Position numbers and translations under genes: made by a program. 64,000 nucleotides of DNA from Felis catus (taxonomy: Eukaryota): positions 1,798,001-1,862,000 of the forward strand of contig NC_058383.1 in assembly GCF_018350175.1 (NCBI RefSeq), read 5' to 3'. Positions 13,291-26,700 of this stretch are shown in pieces. The first letter of the stretch is position 1. Each line of letters starts with the position of its first letter. The notes below the pieces were generated by a model, which saw only the letters and a program-made list of their open reading frames with translations, was not told the origin of the DNA and did no database searches.

Positions 13291-16076
13291 AGACGTAGAG
13301 AGGCGCACGCACGACGCGGGGGGAGAAGGGCCCCGGTCCCGGCCTGGACACTGCACAGCTCAGTCTACCGCAACTTCCGGGCCTGGGAAGACAGAAGAGA
13401 GTCGGCGGGTAGCTGCCAGGAGAGAGCGCACCATCAGCGGCCCTGCCCCTGCACACGGTGCTGGCAGGGCCCCACCTCTGAGTCCAGGAGGCCCAGTCCA
13501 GAGGGAAAGCAGCCCCCCTTGGGTCGGTCCAGCGGCACCCCAGAGCAGAGGTGCCCCCCCACGCGGAGCGGCCACGGACTGCCTGGGGGAGGGGAGAGAG
13601 AAGCTGGGGGCAGTGCCACCTGCCCCAGACCACGGCCCGCACACTAGAGGGCTAGGCTGATGGCGACGTGGACCGCGGCTGTGGAGGCCCCAGCAGAGCC
13701 CCATGCCTGCGACGCTGACATGAGATGAAGCGAGCGGGGCACCCCGCTGAGCACCTTACGTGTATTAGCGCCCGAACCCTCCCATGGCCCCGAGAGGTGC
13801 TGCGGGTGCCCACCTCCCACAGGTGAGGGACTCACAGGTCAAGCCCAGCACCAGGGACTCGCGGGTGCAGGACCAGGCTCCGGACCCAGGTCTCGGACCG
13901 AAGAAGCTTCTCTAACTCCTGGAGGGTCGTCCCGAGAGCAGCAGCCACCTCCCCTTCAGAACCCCCAGCAGCTGTTCGGAGAGCAGGGGAGGCCAGGCCC
14001 CGCCCTGGGCGAGGCCTGAAGCGGGGGGTGTGTGAGAGGAAGGGAGAGGCGGGCGGCAAGAGGAAGGCGGCCATGCCCAGGCCAGGGGGCCCCAGGGAGG
14101 CAGGCGTAGGGGGAAGGCCGGGGGACAGTGGCGGGCAGATGCGAGCACACACCCGATGCAGAGAAACTGGGCTCGGCATCCTTCACAAGTCCTCGCACAC
14201 TCACAGAGAACGGGGCAGAGGCCGGCTGGGGAGAGCAAAGCGGTGACGGTGCCCTCCCTCAGCCGTTCAATCAGACGCCCTGAGTTGGACGACATGGCCT
14301 ACACGTAGCGTGAACCACCCTGCACTCTCCGTCCCCGTGAGCGGAAGCACCCGTCCGGCTCACTCGGCTCCTACCCGGCGAGGAACCAGTGTGCGGGTCC
14401 TGAGAGCATCCACACGGGAGCAGATAACTCGCCAACCCTCTCACCCAGGCGGGAGGAGGCCGAGCAAGTCCTCGACACATCGTCTCCAGGCTGGGTACGG
14501 GTCCTGCCTCAGTTTCCATCCACTGGCTTCCTGGGGCCCTTCGCTGGCACCTCTTAAACTAAGGAGATACTATCAAGAAAGACTCCTGACATTTGTCCAG
14601 CCTGGAAATCTCAGGCAAACAGACTCCCTGCCTGACAAGTCAGCTCAAAGCGTCTGTTGAAAAGTGAACCAGCACTCAGCTCGTGGGAGGCAGCCAATTA
14701 GTACCCAGCCCGCTGTCCCTCCACCTGCTGACATGTGTGGTTCTGCAGATGAGAAGGGCCAGTGGCGGCCGGCCAACCCCTTCAAGTGGACGATGCTCCC
14801 GCCTGGGCGGGAGGAGCAGGGACCGGGGTCTCCCGCGAGGACTCTTGGTGGGTCACTGTAAGCGGGCTCCTCGGCCGTGGAGGGGCCCGGCCCCCCTTTG
14901 CCCTGGCCCAGAGTGGACAGAAGTGTGGCCCAGGGACCAAAAACTCCCCCAGAGAGCGACTCACAGAGGGTCCCTGTTCACTGAACCAAAAATAAAAGAG
15001 ACCAGACCTAAAAGCAGGGCATATTCAAATTTCCTTTGCAGATAAAGGAAGACCCAGGCCCTCCCAGACACACATACGCGGGGACCGCCTCTCCCACGGC
15101 AGGATGGACAGCCACCACGGGCCACTCCCCCACGCGTGGACCCTTCCCGGCATCGCCAGGCGAGGCACAGAGCAGCACAGCTCTGCCCCGAAGGCCCAAG
15201 CGCGATAAGGACCAGCTGATGTTGTCAGCCCCGGGTTTGCAAACAGCAGGCTGCAGTAAGTCGCTTCTGCACGGAAGTCGTGAAACACCAGCACGTCAGC
15301 CCCACATCAAACACGTGGCCTTGGCGAGGCAGGCGTCTGGCCACCGTGCCGCCCTCCCCTGGCTCCGGCCTCACCAGAAACCACACACCTCGCGGTAAGT
15401 AACAGCAGCCTCACACTGCCAGAGACGCAGCTGATAAAGCGTGTTCCTGTGCATCTAACAGGGCACTTCAAACAAATGGCGAGTTAAAGCTCGGGACCTG
15501 TAACACAGCCGTCGATCCGAGTAATGACGCACACGTTCCGGAGGCAAGCCCGGGGGAAGGACAAACACAAGTGGGACCAGGACATCTGAGGCCCTGCCCC
15601 AGGGTCTCTCGCCAACGCTCCCATGGGGACGGCCTGCACAGTCAGTCACACGTGGGTCTCTCAGTCCCGCAGGTATCTGACGTGCCGTGGTGAGACCTGA
15701 GTGGGCCCCTGGTCCCAGGTGGGAACACCCAGGAGATGTGCCCATGGCATGGCGTAACAGGACACGCAGATGGGGCCCCGGGAGTATGGAGGGGAGGCCC
15801 CGGTGGCTCTGCAAGAAGACGCAGAAAGCCACGTGGAGAGCAGCGAGAAGACAAAGCCAGGGGCAGGAAAGTACACAGGACAGGCCGGCAGGCAGTGGCC
15901 GGGTCTCCGTGCATGGGGTGGGGGTGGGGGGGTGGGGGGAAGATGCAAGGAGAGAGAAGGGGGCCGGCCAAGGTGGTTCTGGGACAGGACAGTGTTCAGG
16001 GACCAGACCACGGGGAGGCAGCAGCACCGCCGCCCAGAGAGGAGCCGGAGCAGGAGAAGGCGCTCCGCAGCCCTCT

Positions 16077-16128
16077 GTCAGGGCCCGGGGGACACCGCCG
16101 CCAGCGTCAGGGCCCGGGGGACACCGCC
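16077..16128. repeat. Direct tandem duplication, 29-bp period
   Basis: gtcagggcccgggggacaccgcc is identical at 16077 and 16106. Confidence 0.9.
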
Positions 16129-19100
16129 ACATGCCACGGCGCATTCGCCGAGCCACTCCACCCTGGGGAGACGCCCACCCAGCAGGCTGCTTGCTGTGGG
16201 TCTCAGCGCCAAATTCCCACGGAGCTGGGGGACAGCAAAGTCTGGGGGTGCTGGGTGGTCACAAACCCCATTGTCCTCATGGGCACTGTTGGCCCTGGGA
16301 ACGGCGGTCCAGAGAGCAGGACACGGCAAGAGTGGTCAGCGTGGGACCTGCTCCGGACGGGCTCCGAGCACTGGCTACGTGACCTTGAGCCCTCGGCTCT
16401 GCGGCTCATGCCCGAAGACCAAGGCTGGCGGCCACCTCCGGCGCCACGAGGGTGACCCCGAAGAACGCCGCCACGCTCCTGACACACGCTGAGCGCCTGG
16501 TACACAGAATGCATTTCAACCTCGGTGGGCGGATACGAGAACGCACTGAGGCCGCTTCAATTCTTGAGATTCGGAATCTGGTCCGAGGCATTCCCCAGCT
16601 CGGTTCCAGATCAATTTGGTTCCCGTGAAGCCAGATAACTATTCCTCATACATCTCTGGTCCCAGACTAATTATTTCGCATTTCTGTAAGTGAACCGCAT
16701 TTGTCAGCGGCGAGCTCAGCCACGTCCTGCAGCCGAGGGCCCTCTCGTCACACCGGAGGGCTCTGCTTAAGACTGGCAGAGTGGTCAGCTGCGGAGTCCC
16801 GGGGCCAGGCTGCCGTCTGGAATGCGACACCGGTCACTAGGGGGGCCGGCGGCCGGGAGGCAGAAAAGCACAAGCCAGTCAAAGACCGAGACGGTTCGGC
16901 TCCCACAAAACAACCTGCTCGTCAAGAAAGGATTCGCAAGAGCACAAAGTAGGAAGGCTGCTTCGAGAAAATGACAGTTGAGAGCAGCTGGGGGTGATCT
17001 GCTCGGACGGCCACAGAGACCTCTCTGATGGAGGCCAGCAGATCACGAGTCCTTAACGGAGAGCACTGCCCGAGGCACCCCGGTCACGCCTGCACGCGGA
17101 AGAGCATTAACCTCTATCAGAGACCACACCGGGGGTCGGGCCTGCGGCCTGGGCCGGCACGGGCTCGGGGACCAGCAGAAGCCCCCGAGTGGGCACCCAT
17201 CAGCTCCCCGTGCCATCAGCTGGGCTGTCTGGCTGGCACTAAACCTCTCTGTCCCCCGAACTCGGGGAGGAGCCCGGGCAGCTGCTGGGATCAACCCCCT
17301 GCGGGAGGGTCCAGCTCCCCCTGGACCTCCCCATGCCCTGCAGCCCAGTCTGGCCACAGCCCACCCCCCAGGCCAGGCCAGGCCCACCCGCCGCCGTCCC
17401 CAGAGGCAGCAATCACTCCGCCCTCACACGTGTGGGGATCCATTCTCCCTTCCCCACCTGCACCCCCCAACTGGCCACACGGGGGGTAAATTTGTGGGGA
17501 GCGAGGGCAGACACCAGAAGGTGCCAGCGAGAGAGGGACAACCTCTCTCTCATGGCCTCAGCCCCAAGAGGTATGTGCTTCAGAGGTGTCTCCGGCCATA
17601 CGGAGAGAGCCAAGTGGGGCCACAAGGCCCGGCCAGAGCAGAAACGACTCATCACCCACGCCCGGCAGCCTTCAGGGGAGGCTGACGCGAGAGGCCCCTG
17701 CAGAGGGTGAAAGTCGATCTGTGGGCAGCCAGCTCTCTGATCTCCTTTCTGGGCCCACAGCCAGCGGGAACTCGGCCCGAAAGCTGCCAAGAGCCTGGAC
17801 TGAGTGGCATCGTCTCTGTGACGGGCCTGGCAGGACCCCTCGCAGAGGCAGCAGACAGGGAAGCACCGTGTTCCAGGTCGGGGCCTGTGCACACTGGTTG
17901 TGTGTGGACAGCTACAGAACACAAGAGATTTCTCTCTGCGGGACATGCGCGTGCCCCGCCGCCACAGGGTCCGCAACACCCCATCTGTGGCCGTTTGATG
18001 GGCCACCGGCCGATGACAAGGATGCTGCGGAAAACGGTCTCCCAAGGCCCGGCTGTACACAGGACTCCAGAACGTGAGGCCCCAAGGGCCTCCTCTCACA
18101 TGGGGTGGAGAGGCCCCCGGTCCGCAGGGACGGCCAGGCCCACATGTGCGTCTCCCTGACAGAGAAAGACAAGCACAGTGGACACACCCTGGGGGGGCCC
18201 GGGGCTCGCTCTGCCCGCAGCCGGAGAAACCAACGGAGTTGTCTCTGCACATTCGAACGAGGTGGTCCTCGCAAGGGCTGCAGGGGGCGACGGGGGCGGG
18301 GGGGCTCTCACACCGCAGCCCACTGCTCGGCTGACAGCCACCCCCGGGGTCCGGCCTGCAGCACCACCGTCAGAGGACCAACAGACAGGTGGGGGGCGGC
18401 AGGCCCAGGGGCCTCACCGCGTCATCCCGTCAGACGATCGGGGCCCGGCAGAGGAGTGGGCGAGCCCGGGCCCGGGAGACCGAGAGGCAGGTGCCCCGAG
18501 GGCAAAGGACACTGCCACCTCAGTGACCCCTCGGTCAAAGCAGCCCCCCGTGTCAGCAGGTGGACCTCCACAGGCACCACACCCTCTGCCCGAGGCCCAG
18601 CCCGACTCCCATCCCTGAGACCCCACAGCGTGCCCCCGGCCCACCCAACCAGACACGCCGGCCCCTCTCGATGCCTGCTGTGGCTGGGAACTCTGAGCCT
18701 CTTCCACGAGCAGAACAAGGACACGTCAGCTCCGGCCACGAGCTCCACAGGGCTGCCCGTGTCGAAGGCCTGATGGCGTCCACACGGCCAGCAGAGGCCA
18801 GCACGAGACAGGGCGTGGCGGACAGATCAAGGAGCATCGGGACCGCTGGCCATGGCTGCCTCCGGCTCTCCCTCTGGGGGCCAGAAGACAACTCCCGCCG
18901 CCACCGGCAGAGCCCGCGACAATCACAGAGGACGCAGACTGTGCGAGGAGAAAACCAAACACACCAGGGGGCGTGACCTGCGGAGTGGCCTACACGCTGC
19001 GGTCCTGCCCCCCAGACCCCTGTTAACCACGGCACTCTCCTGGAGGACCGTACCTATTCACGAGAAACTAGTAACTAATTTTTGAAGGTGTTTTGTAATG

Positions 19101-20498
19101 AACACTAGAACATACGACAGAGTGAATTACACACAGTCACAGGTGGATACAGAGCAGCTCTCCAGGGTGGACACCAGCTGGGGGAGCTGGGATGTCCCCT
19201 GCTCGGGGGCCCGGGCGGCCCCCAACTGACCACGCGGGCAGCATGCAGATGCTCCCCACACCGCAGCCGCTGCGCTCTGGGCCGGAGGACACTCGGGACC
19301 AACGGAGACAAGCTGCGATCCGGGCCACCTCCCCACCGCCGCGCCTTGCTGCCTCCCGAGGGGCATCTGGGGCTAAGCGGCAATTCTCTGCACGTGGAGG
19401 GGCCGTCAGCAGCCGGGGAAGCCCATCACCTTGAGCCACGAGGCCTGACACGGAGTGCACCAGCCCTCCCCCGGAACTCCCCCTTTCCCCAAACCCAGGC
19501 TGCTAGAGGCGCGTCTGTCCTCTCCCGTGGCACCGCGAGCTTCGGAAAGGGAAGACGGGCCATCCGCTCGTGCTGGGGCCCCACGGCCGGCCAGGCGCGC
19601 ACGACACGGCCCGTGGTGGGGCCGCAGGCGACGGCATTCCCGGAGGGCTCCACAGAGGCCCGGGCACAAATGCTTACCGATGGAAGGGACCGCCGTTCTG
19701 AGGGCTCGCAAGGCGCACACCCCCTCGTTCCTCTGGCTTTTATGAGAGGCTATATTAGATACGGCTCAAACATGATAAAACCTGTTACATTTACAGCAAA
19801 AAAATATGCGAAGATAATAAAATTAGCAGAGCATAGAAACGAGGTAATACTAAAAACATTCTCGGCTCTCCAACAGAAGCAGACAAGGTACGGCAGAGAC
19901 TGCCCAACTAAAAGGAATTTAGACCCATTTAAAATTCAAAGTTTCAGATCTTCTCCGCTGAGCCCTGTCCCTGGGGACCCCGAGCACAGCACCCGGGTCT
20001 CCTGCTCACCCTCCCAAACAGTGGCCTGGAACATTCTGGCTGCTCTGGCTGGGGTGACCACAGAGCAGCCCGGATGCATCCCTCCCTCAAACCTCACTCC
20101 CCCAGGGGCTCCCTTCGCCTGGCCCGGCTCTCAGACCTGAGGTTACACCGTGACAGCCGTGCTCATCGCTCAAGAAACGGCAACTGGCGGTCACGAGAGC
20201 CCAGGATCCCCATCCGAAACCCCACTTGAGACAAGCACTCACAACACCAGAGGCGAGTCGGGTGTTTGTAAGAGGCTGCTGAAGGGACACGCCTCCACTC
20301 CCACAGAGCACAGACTCACGCCTCCTGATTCCGCACGGCCCTCTGGGCTCCACGCTGCCGAGAGCACAAGACGAGGCAGACAGGATATCCGTGTGCATTT
20401 GTCCCAGGAGTCTGACCGCTGGGACAGCTCTTTGGGCCCATCTTACTTGGTCTCCTTTTGTTTTAGATTAATAGACGTTATATTTTAGGGCAGTTTTA

Positions 20499-20602
20499 TT
20501 TTTGTTTTATTTTAGAGAGAGAGAGTGGGAGTGTAAACACTCAAGGGAGAGAAGCAAAGGGGGGGAGAGACAGAGAGAGAGAGACAGAGAGAGAGAGAGA
20601 CA

Positions 20603-20634
<32 letters not shown>

Positions 20635-20635
20635 C

Positions 20636-20698
<63 letters not shown>

Positions 20699-20801
20699 CA
20701 AGCAGGCTCCACGTTCAGCACAGACAGAGCCGGACGTGGGGCTCGATCTCACCACCGGGAGATCAAGAGAAGGACACTCAACTGAGCCACCCAGGTGCCC
20801 C
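20499..20801 (-). mobile_element. Can-SINE with an expanded (CT)n/(GA)n block
   Basis: Reverse head ...actgagccacccaggtgcccc at the right end and a T-rich tail at the left. TSD ggcagtttta (20489-20498) / ggcagttgta (20803-20812). Confidence 0.92.
20565..20694. repeat. (GA)n microsatellite, pure (GA)28 at 20639-20694 plus an interrupted GAGACA/GGGA portion
   Basis: Read directly; it is the expanded pyrimidine tract of the SINE. Confidence 0.95.
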
Positions 20802-23374
20802 AGGCAGTTGTAGATTTACAGAAAACTGAGCAGAGCTTACCAAGTTCCCACAGACCTCCCACCTGATTCCCAACACTGACACAGCATTAACTAAAGTCCA
20901 TAGTTGACGTGAGAGCTCACTTTTCTACAGATCGGGGCAGATGTGCAATGTGACCTGTCCACCTGGGTCATAAAGAACCATTTCACTGACCTGCAAATCC
21001 ACGATACCCCACCTGTGCATCCCCCGCCAACCCCCCCACGGCACCCACCCATCCTCTACCGGCTCCCTGGCCCTGCCTTTCCCAGAAGGCCACTCGGCTG
21101 GGATCACCCAGGGTGCGGCCTCTCCAGACTGGCTTCCTTCACGCAGTAACCTGGATCGAAGGTTCCTCCGCGTCGTTCTTGGCTTCGCGGCTCCCTTCTT
21201 TCCGGGGCAGAGTAAAACCCCCACCGCCCGGATGGAGCCCGGTTGTCCACCAGCCACTGAAGGGCGTCCGGTTGCTGCCCGGGTTCGGTAATCACGGATA
21301 AAGCCGCTGCAAACCTCCGCGTGCAGGTCTGCGAGCACGCACGTTCTCACATCTTGGGACGTGACTGCAGGACCGCACGGCGAGACCGCGCTCGGTTTTG
21401 TAAGACACCAGGGTCCCTCTCGGAGCGGCCGCGGCATTCTGCGTCCCCGCCGCTCCCCGTCCCGCCAGCACCCGGCGGTGACGTGCTGTGGGCCGTGGCC
21501 CTTCTGACAGGCGGTGGTGGCCTCTCCTTGCTGTGTTGCTCCCCGTTTCCCTGACGGCACACGACGTGGAGCACGTTCCCGTGCGCGCCTGCCCTCCCAC
21601 ACGCGTTCTCCCCTGGCTTCTGCTCAGATCTCCTGCCTGTTAACTGGGTTGTTTCCTTACTGTTGAGCTTTAAGAGTTCTCTGCATGTTTTGGATAACAG
21701 TCCCTTATCAGAGGTATTCCCTCCTAGTCTGTGGTTTATCTTTTTACTCCCTTAACAGTTCCTTCCACAGAACAAAAGTTGATAATTTCAACTGAATTCA
21801 CCTTATCAAGCTCTCCTCTCACGGATTATGCTTTCAATTTCATATCTAAAAAGTCATCGCCAAAGCAAAGGTCAGCCAGATTTGCTCCTGGCAGATTCCG
21901 GGACTTCTGTAAAAGGTGTGCACTTTACTTTTAGGTCCGTGATCCACTTGGGCTCACTTCTGTCACAAGGTCTGTGTCTAGATTTATCTTCCGCATGTGG
22001 ATGCCCAGTTGCCCCTGCGCCACGCATTAAAGAGACCATCTTTGCTCCTGTCACAGGTCGTCTGACTGTGTCCCGGGGTCGGTTTCTGGGCTCCCTGCTC
22101 CCCTCCCCTGACCGGCTTGTTCTTTCCCCAACACCGCGCTGTCCCGGGCGCTAGTGCTTGGTGGGGGATGTTGGCATCGAGTGGCCGTCCCTCGGACTTG
22201 GTGCCTCTCCTTCGGCACCATGTCGGCTGCTCTAGGTCTCCAGCTTCTCGTGAACAATAGACTCGGCTGGCCCACATCCGCAGAGGAACGTGCTGGGACT
22301 TTAACTGGGTTAGTCAAGTTAAAAGGAAGGGAGTGGTGACGTCGCTGAGTCTTTCCGTCCAAGAACACACGGTCTCTCCGCCTTTATTTAGATCATCTCT
22401 GATTTCTCCCGTCACAGTTTTGTCGTGTTTCTCACGTGCACCTTGCACGTATCTGCCAGACGTACACCTGCTCATGTAAATGGTGCGTCTTCGATTTCAA
22501 ATTCTAATCACGCGCTGCTGGTTACAGGACAGTGCTTGACTCGTACACGTCAACCTCGTGTCCTACAAGCCTGCCGTGACGGCTCAGTAGTTCTGAGACT
22601 CCTCCGGTTGAGTCTCTGGAATTTTCCACGGAGACAATTGTGTCATCTGCAGTTTTATTTCTTCCTTCCCACCGTACACACTCCCTTTTCCTGTCTGACT
22701 GCATCAGTAGGACTTCCAGCATGAAACTGGACAGCCTCGACTTGTTCCCAGTCTTGGTGACAAAGCCACTAGTTTCTCATAGGGATGAAAGACAGGAACA
22801 CATGAGCACGAGAAGTCAGCTCGCTGCCACGATAAACACAAAAACCTGCCCATTCAAACGGCATCAGTCCCCAAAGAGCTCAAGTGAGTCCAGCAGTTGC
22901 AAATGTCTCTGAGGCCGCGCCCTCTCACTGAGGGCCGTTCTTGGCCCCCAGAGGCCTATGCTCCCCAGGCGCTCGGCGGCCGCCAAGGTCTCAACTCCAG
23001 CGGAAACCCAGCGGGAGCCGCCGCGAGCCCGGCCGGCCTGCCACACTCATCCCCCACACAGGAACACCTGGAAGGAAGCCCCACTCTGCTCCAGAAAAGC
23101 AGACATCACCTCCTTCAGACACCACAACGGGCGGCAAAGCAGGACTTTTCTCTGAGATGCGGACGAGGAACACCTCCCCGAGAAAAAGCGAACTGGGCAG
23201 GTCTTCCCAAACGCTTAATGACGGTGCTCCTGACTTCAAAGGGAGAAACGTTACAAAATGCCCTCGACGCTCCAATGAGGAACTCAAAGAAACACCGTAG
23301 AGAAAAGACCAGCCCCGGGGGGTGTCCAACAGCAGCACGACCCGCCACGAGGAGCTCTGAGCACCAGCGGGGCC

Positions 23375-23399
23375 GGGGGGGGGGGGGGGGGGGGGGGGG
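23375..23399. repeat. Poly-G tract (G25)
   Basis: Read directly. Confidence 0.9.
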
Positions 23400-23439
23400 C
23401 GCCTGGCGCCCAGTCAGGAAAGTCTGTGCAGATCTGCGA

Positions 23440-23797
23440 GGTCCTCCTCTTCCGACTACACATCTGTTTGAGGCTGGACTTTTTCATATACTTCAGCTAG
23501 GAAACCACAACAGACGGAATACGGGAGCAGATAGGAGAACCCAGCAACCTCCCATCTAAGCGACATTGAAAAGATGTGCACGAGTGTGAAATGTCATTCT
23601 TCTCACTAAATCTATTTCAAAAAAAAAAATTTTTTTTTAAGAGGCTGTGAGTTTCTGTTAATGAAATTATAAATATATTATAAATAATCTCTGAAATTTG
23701 ATTTCCAGGAATAGTGACTATCAAAAGACAAACCCTACCAACAATGGCTCTTTGTTTCTAATAATTTTTTAGCATAAAGGAGTCCTCAGACAGCAAA
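23440..23797 (+). mobile_element. hAT-Charlie (Charlie1-like) DNA transposon 3' end, fossil
   Basis: actacacatctgtttgaggctggactttttcatatacttcag...cgacattgaaaagatgtgca...ttcttctcactaaat...gctctttg...ataattttttagcataaaggagtcctcagac follows the recalled Charlie1 3' consensus in order. Confidence 0.75.
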
Positions 23798-26700
23798 GGG
23801 AGGGCAGTGTGGTATGGGGGCGAGGGTCTCATCTGGGTGGGTGGGCAGGAGTCCAGCCTCTGCCAGAGAACATGCTGGATTCTCACCCACCAACTCACAG
23901 CCACAACGTGTGCGTGCCAGTCGTGAACACGAGGGAGCGGTGTGCTAATCGAGGCATAACGCGTCATTAGCAAAGAGTCCTAAATCTCAACCTCTCGGGG
24001 AACGTCCCAAGAATCTGCACCTTCAGGAATTTTCCTGCACAAAATTGTTAAGCAGCCAACTGGGAATCTGTGCAGTTCTGGCACCTGGGAAGCATGGTGG
24101 AGATCAGCACCACCTTCCAGTTCTCCGGTCAATTCGCTGCTGTCCTCCCTTCCCAGGCAGGAGCAAAGCTCCTCCCACGCAGGGATTTACTTGATCCCGA
24201 AGGTCTGCAGCACCAGCCACAACGGCTGGGCACCAACGGGTGTTGGGTGCTTGACAACACACTGACCACTACCGCCCGCCCGTAGTGAAAGCAAGGCTGT
24301 TCTCCCTACTGAGTCTGCTAAATGGAGTTTCTTCACATCAGTATCAGCCCCGGGTCAGTAAAAAGGGTCTCGTGACCCGAAGGAGCGATCCACAGTTAGC
24401 CCAGCGTGAAAAATCATTGCTTGACAAGAGACAAGATGATGAGAGAGCACGCAGGTTCTGGAGACGGACACGGCCGAGCTCACACCCAGACTCCAACGTG
24501 ACGTGACCGCCTGACGGTGAAACCCGTGCCAGCGAGGAACGCGGCATCTAGGGCGCAGGTCAGCGCAGGGAGCAGATATGATGACGGGCGGGAAGCTTCT
24601 GGCTTCCTCAGGTGCTTCACAAGCGGACCCTTCTTTGCTCCCGCTCTGTCTTATCCGCTTTCTACCGGGCTCGGAGGCACCAACCAACGCGCGTGCCGAA
24701 CGAGGCCTTCCCGCGGCCACTGTTCTCAAACAAGCTGACCTGAGCTAAACGTGCTCAACGGACGCCGAGGCCCCCAGGCCGGGCCCTCTGTCCGCGAGCT
24801 CCTCTCCGTCCCAGTCTCCCCACGCTTCCTCTGGGCCGGCCTGTCAGGCTGAGTGGGTCCTAATGCTTTGCAAACAAGCTGAAAAGTCTACTGAGGCTCA
24901 CTTACGACATCAGAGACTCGCTACCCGGCACTCGTACGCGAAAATCAGCAGGTGTGTTCCCGGGCTGGCTCCTGAGAATGGGCCAGCGGCAGCTGGGCTC
25001 CCCAGCCGAGCCACAGAGCTTACCGAGTCCACACAAAGTCATCAGGAAACTCGAGGGACTCGTCAACAAGAATCCCCGAGTCTTCCTCCCAAACAGAGAC
25101 CCTGGGCTCGGGAACCGCGAGCCCCCTTAAGCCCCCTCAAGCCCCCTCAGACCCCCTCTGCTCCAACCGCCACGCCACGCCGCCTCCAAAAGCAGCTCCG
25201 TGGGACCAACGTCACCTAAGAGTCTCTGGGGGCGGGAGAGAGACACGCCACGACCCGTTAAGCAGCCGCGGCCGCAGAGCGCGCGGGGAGGCCGAAGCCG
25301 GGCTCGGAGAGGACGGGCGCCGGGACAGATCTCGTCGCCGGGGGAGCTCCCCACGCACACTATTCACGAGTTGTCCCGCCGGCCCCCCGCTCGCTGCGCT
25401 CCCAGCGCACGCGGGGCAGAGACGGTCTCCCCGCGAGCCCACGGTTATCCCAGGACCGCAGACGGAAGCCCGAGTAGACTTGCTGACAAAGGTGAGGCAA
25501 AACTACACTGAGAGGTGAGGATCCAGGGCAGGAACGGCAAACTCGAGTTTCCTGCTTCTGAAGATAAAGTCCAGTTCAAGGCGAGGAGACCGGTGGGGGC
25601 CGGCCTGCCGGAAGCAGGGACTGAGTCAAGGCCATAGGGACCGCAATGGGCAAGACGTCCTCAGCGCCGGCCCTCAAGCCGGGAAGGCAGGAACCAAGGC
25701 TCTGCCGCAGGGGCCGAGCTGGCACGAGGCCAGCAACCATGGACTCCACTCAGGACAGCGACGGCTGCTACCAAATACCTGCGCGGTCTCGGTGACTTCC
25801 GCCGTGGTCGGTTCTCCAAGGAACCTGCGGAGCCTCTGTCCGGACAGAGGAGGGGCAGAGGTTCCGAGGACCCGAGGAAACGGAAGCACCTAGAACCTCG
25901 GCTCCAACGTTCAATAAGAGGCCCCGGGGAGACGGCCAGCCTCTCCTATCACCCAGCCACCATCCCATCCCAGCAGCGTGAGCACAGACAGCGTGCCTCG
26001 GTCTCCTCTCCCCACGTGCGTGGTCGGACCCCTGGAGACAGGGCGGGGGCTGTGGGTGAGGATCGCTGTATGAACCCAGGCAGCGCCCCACACAGTGGCC
26101 GGCCGTGAGCCGAGCCCCAGTCGTGGGGAGTGCACCACGATGGGCTCGTTCTGCCGCGGAGCCGGACTGAAATCGGCTCCCTGGTGTGACCTCCTAAAAA
26201 GGGAGTCTGTCGGCCACGAGCAGCCAGCCTCCAGCTCGGCCCTTCCCCTCCCCAGGTCAAGGTCTGCAAACACGGTTGGCCAATGAAAGTGTGCCCAGGT
26301 GTCCCCTCTGCCTTCCACCTGGGCCCACAGCGTGTGCGGCCCTGGGCGTCTAACCGAGCCCCATCTCTGCGCCTGCCCCTGGTCTCCAGAGGGACCGGTC
26401 ACCGGGACAGAGCCCTGAGCAGGTGGAAAACACAACAAAAGTGCCAGAAAAAACTGTCTTTCAAACACTTCCGGAGGCCGGAGGGACAAAGGACACGCCC
26501 TGAGACGGCCCTCCAGCTACAGGAAGAAACCGGGGGACGCCTTCAAGGCTGCGACGTGAAGGGGCGTCCAAGACCACCCCCCAAGGGTGACCAGCATGCA
26601 CCCAGCACGAGGGTGTCCGTGTGGAGACCAGGTACCTGCAGCTCGGGGGCACGCGCTCTGACACCGCGTCTGTGAATCCCGGTGCGCGGGACGGCCGGCC

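Larger units (their letters stand above)
20460..22780 (-). mobile_element. Old LINE-1 (L1MC/L1MD-like) 3' end plus ORF2 remnant, interrupted by a SINE
   Basis: ttaatagac...ttttagggcagttt[SINE]tagatttacagaaaactgagcag and aactaaagtccatagtt resemble L1MC/MD 3' ends. gagttctctgcatgttttggataacagtcccttatcag is also L1-like, and the ORF 21872-22054 peptide PKWITDLKVK resembles L1 ORF2. Confidence 0.8.

Noticed and set aside
22135..22155. REST/RE1-like motif gcgctgtcccgggcgctag
   Set aside because: Several mismatches in the second half-site, and it lies within a GC-drifted L1 remnant.
23619..23638. A11T9 palindrome
   Set aside because: Slippage within the AT-rich end of the Charlie1-like fossil; no sign of function.
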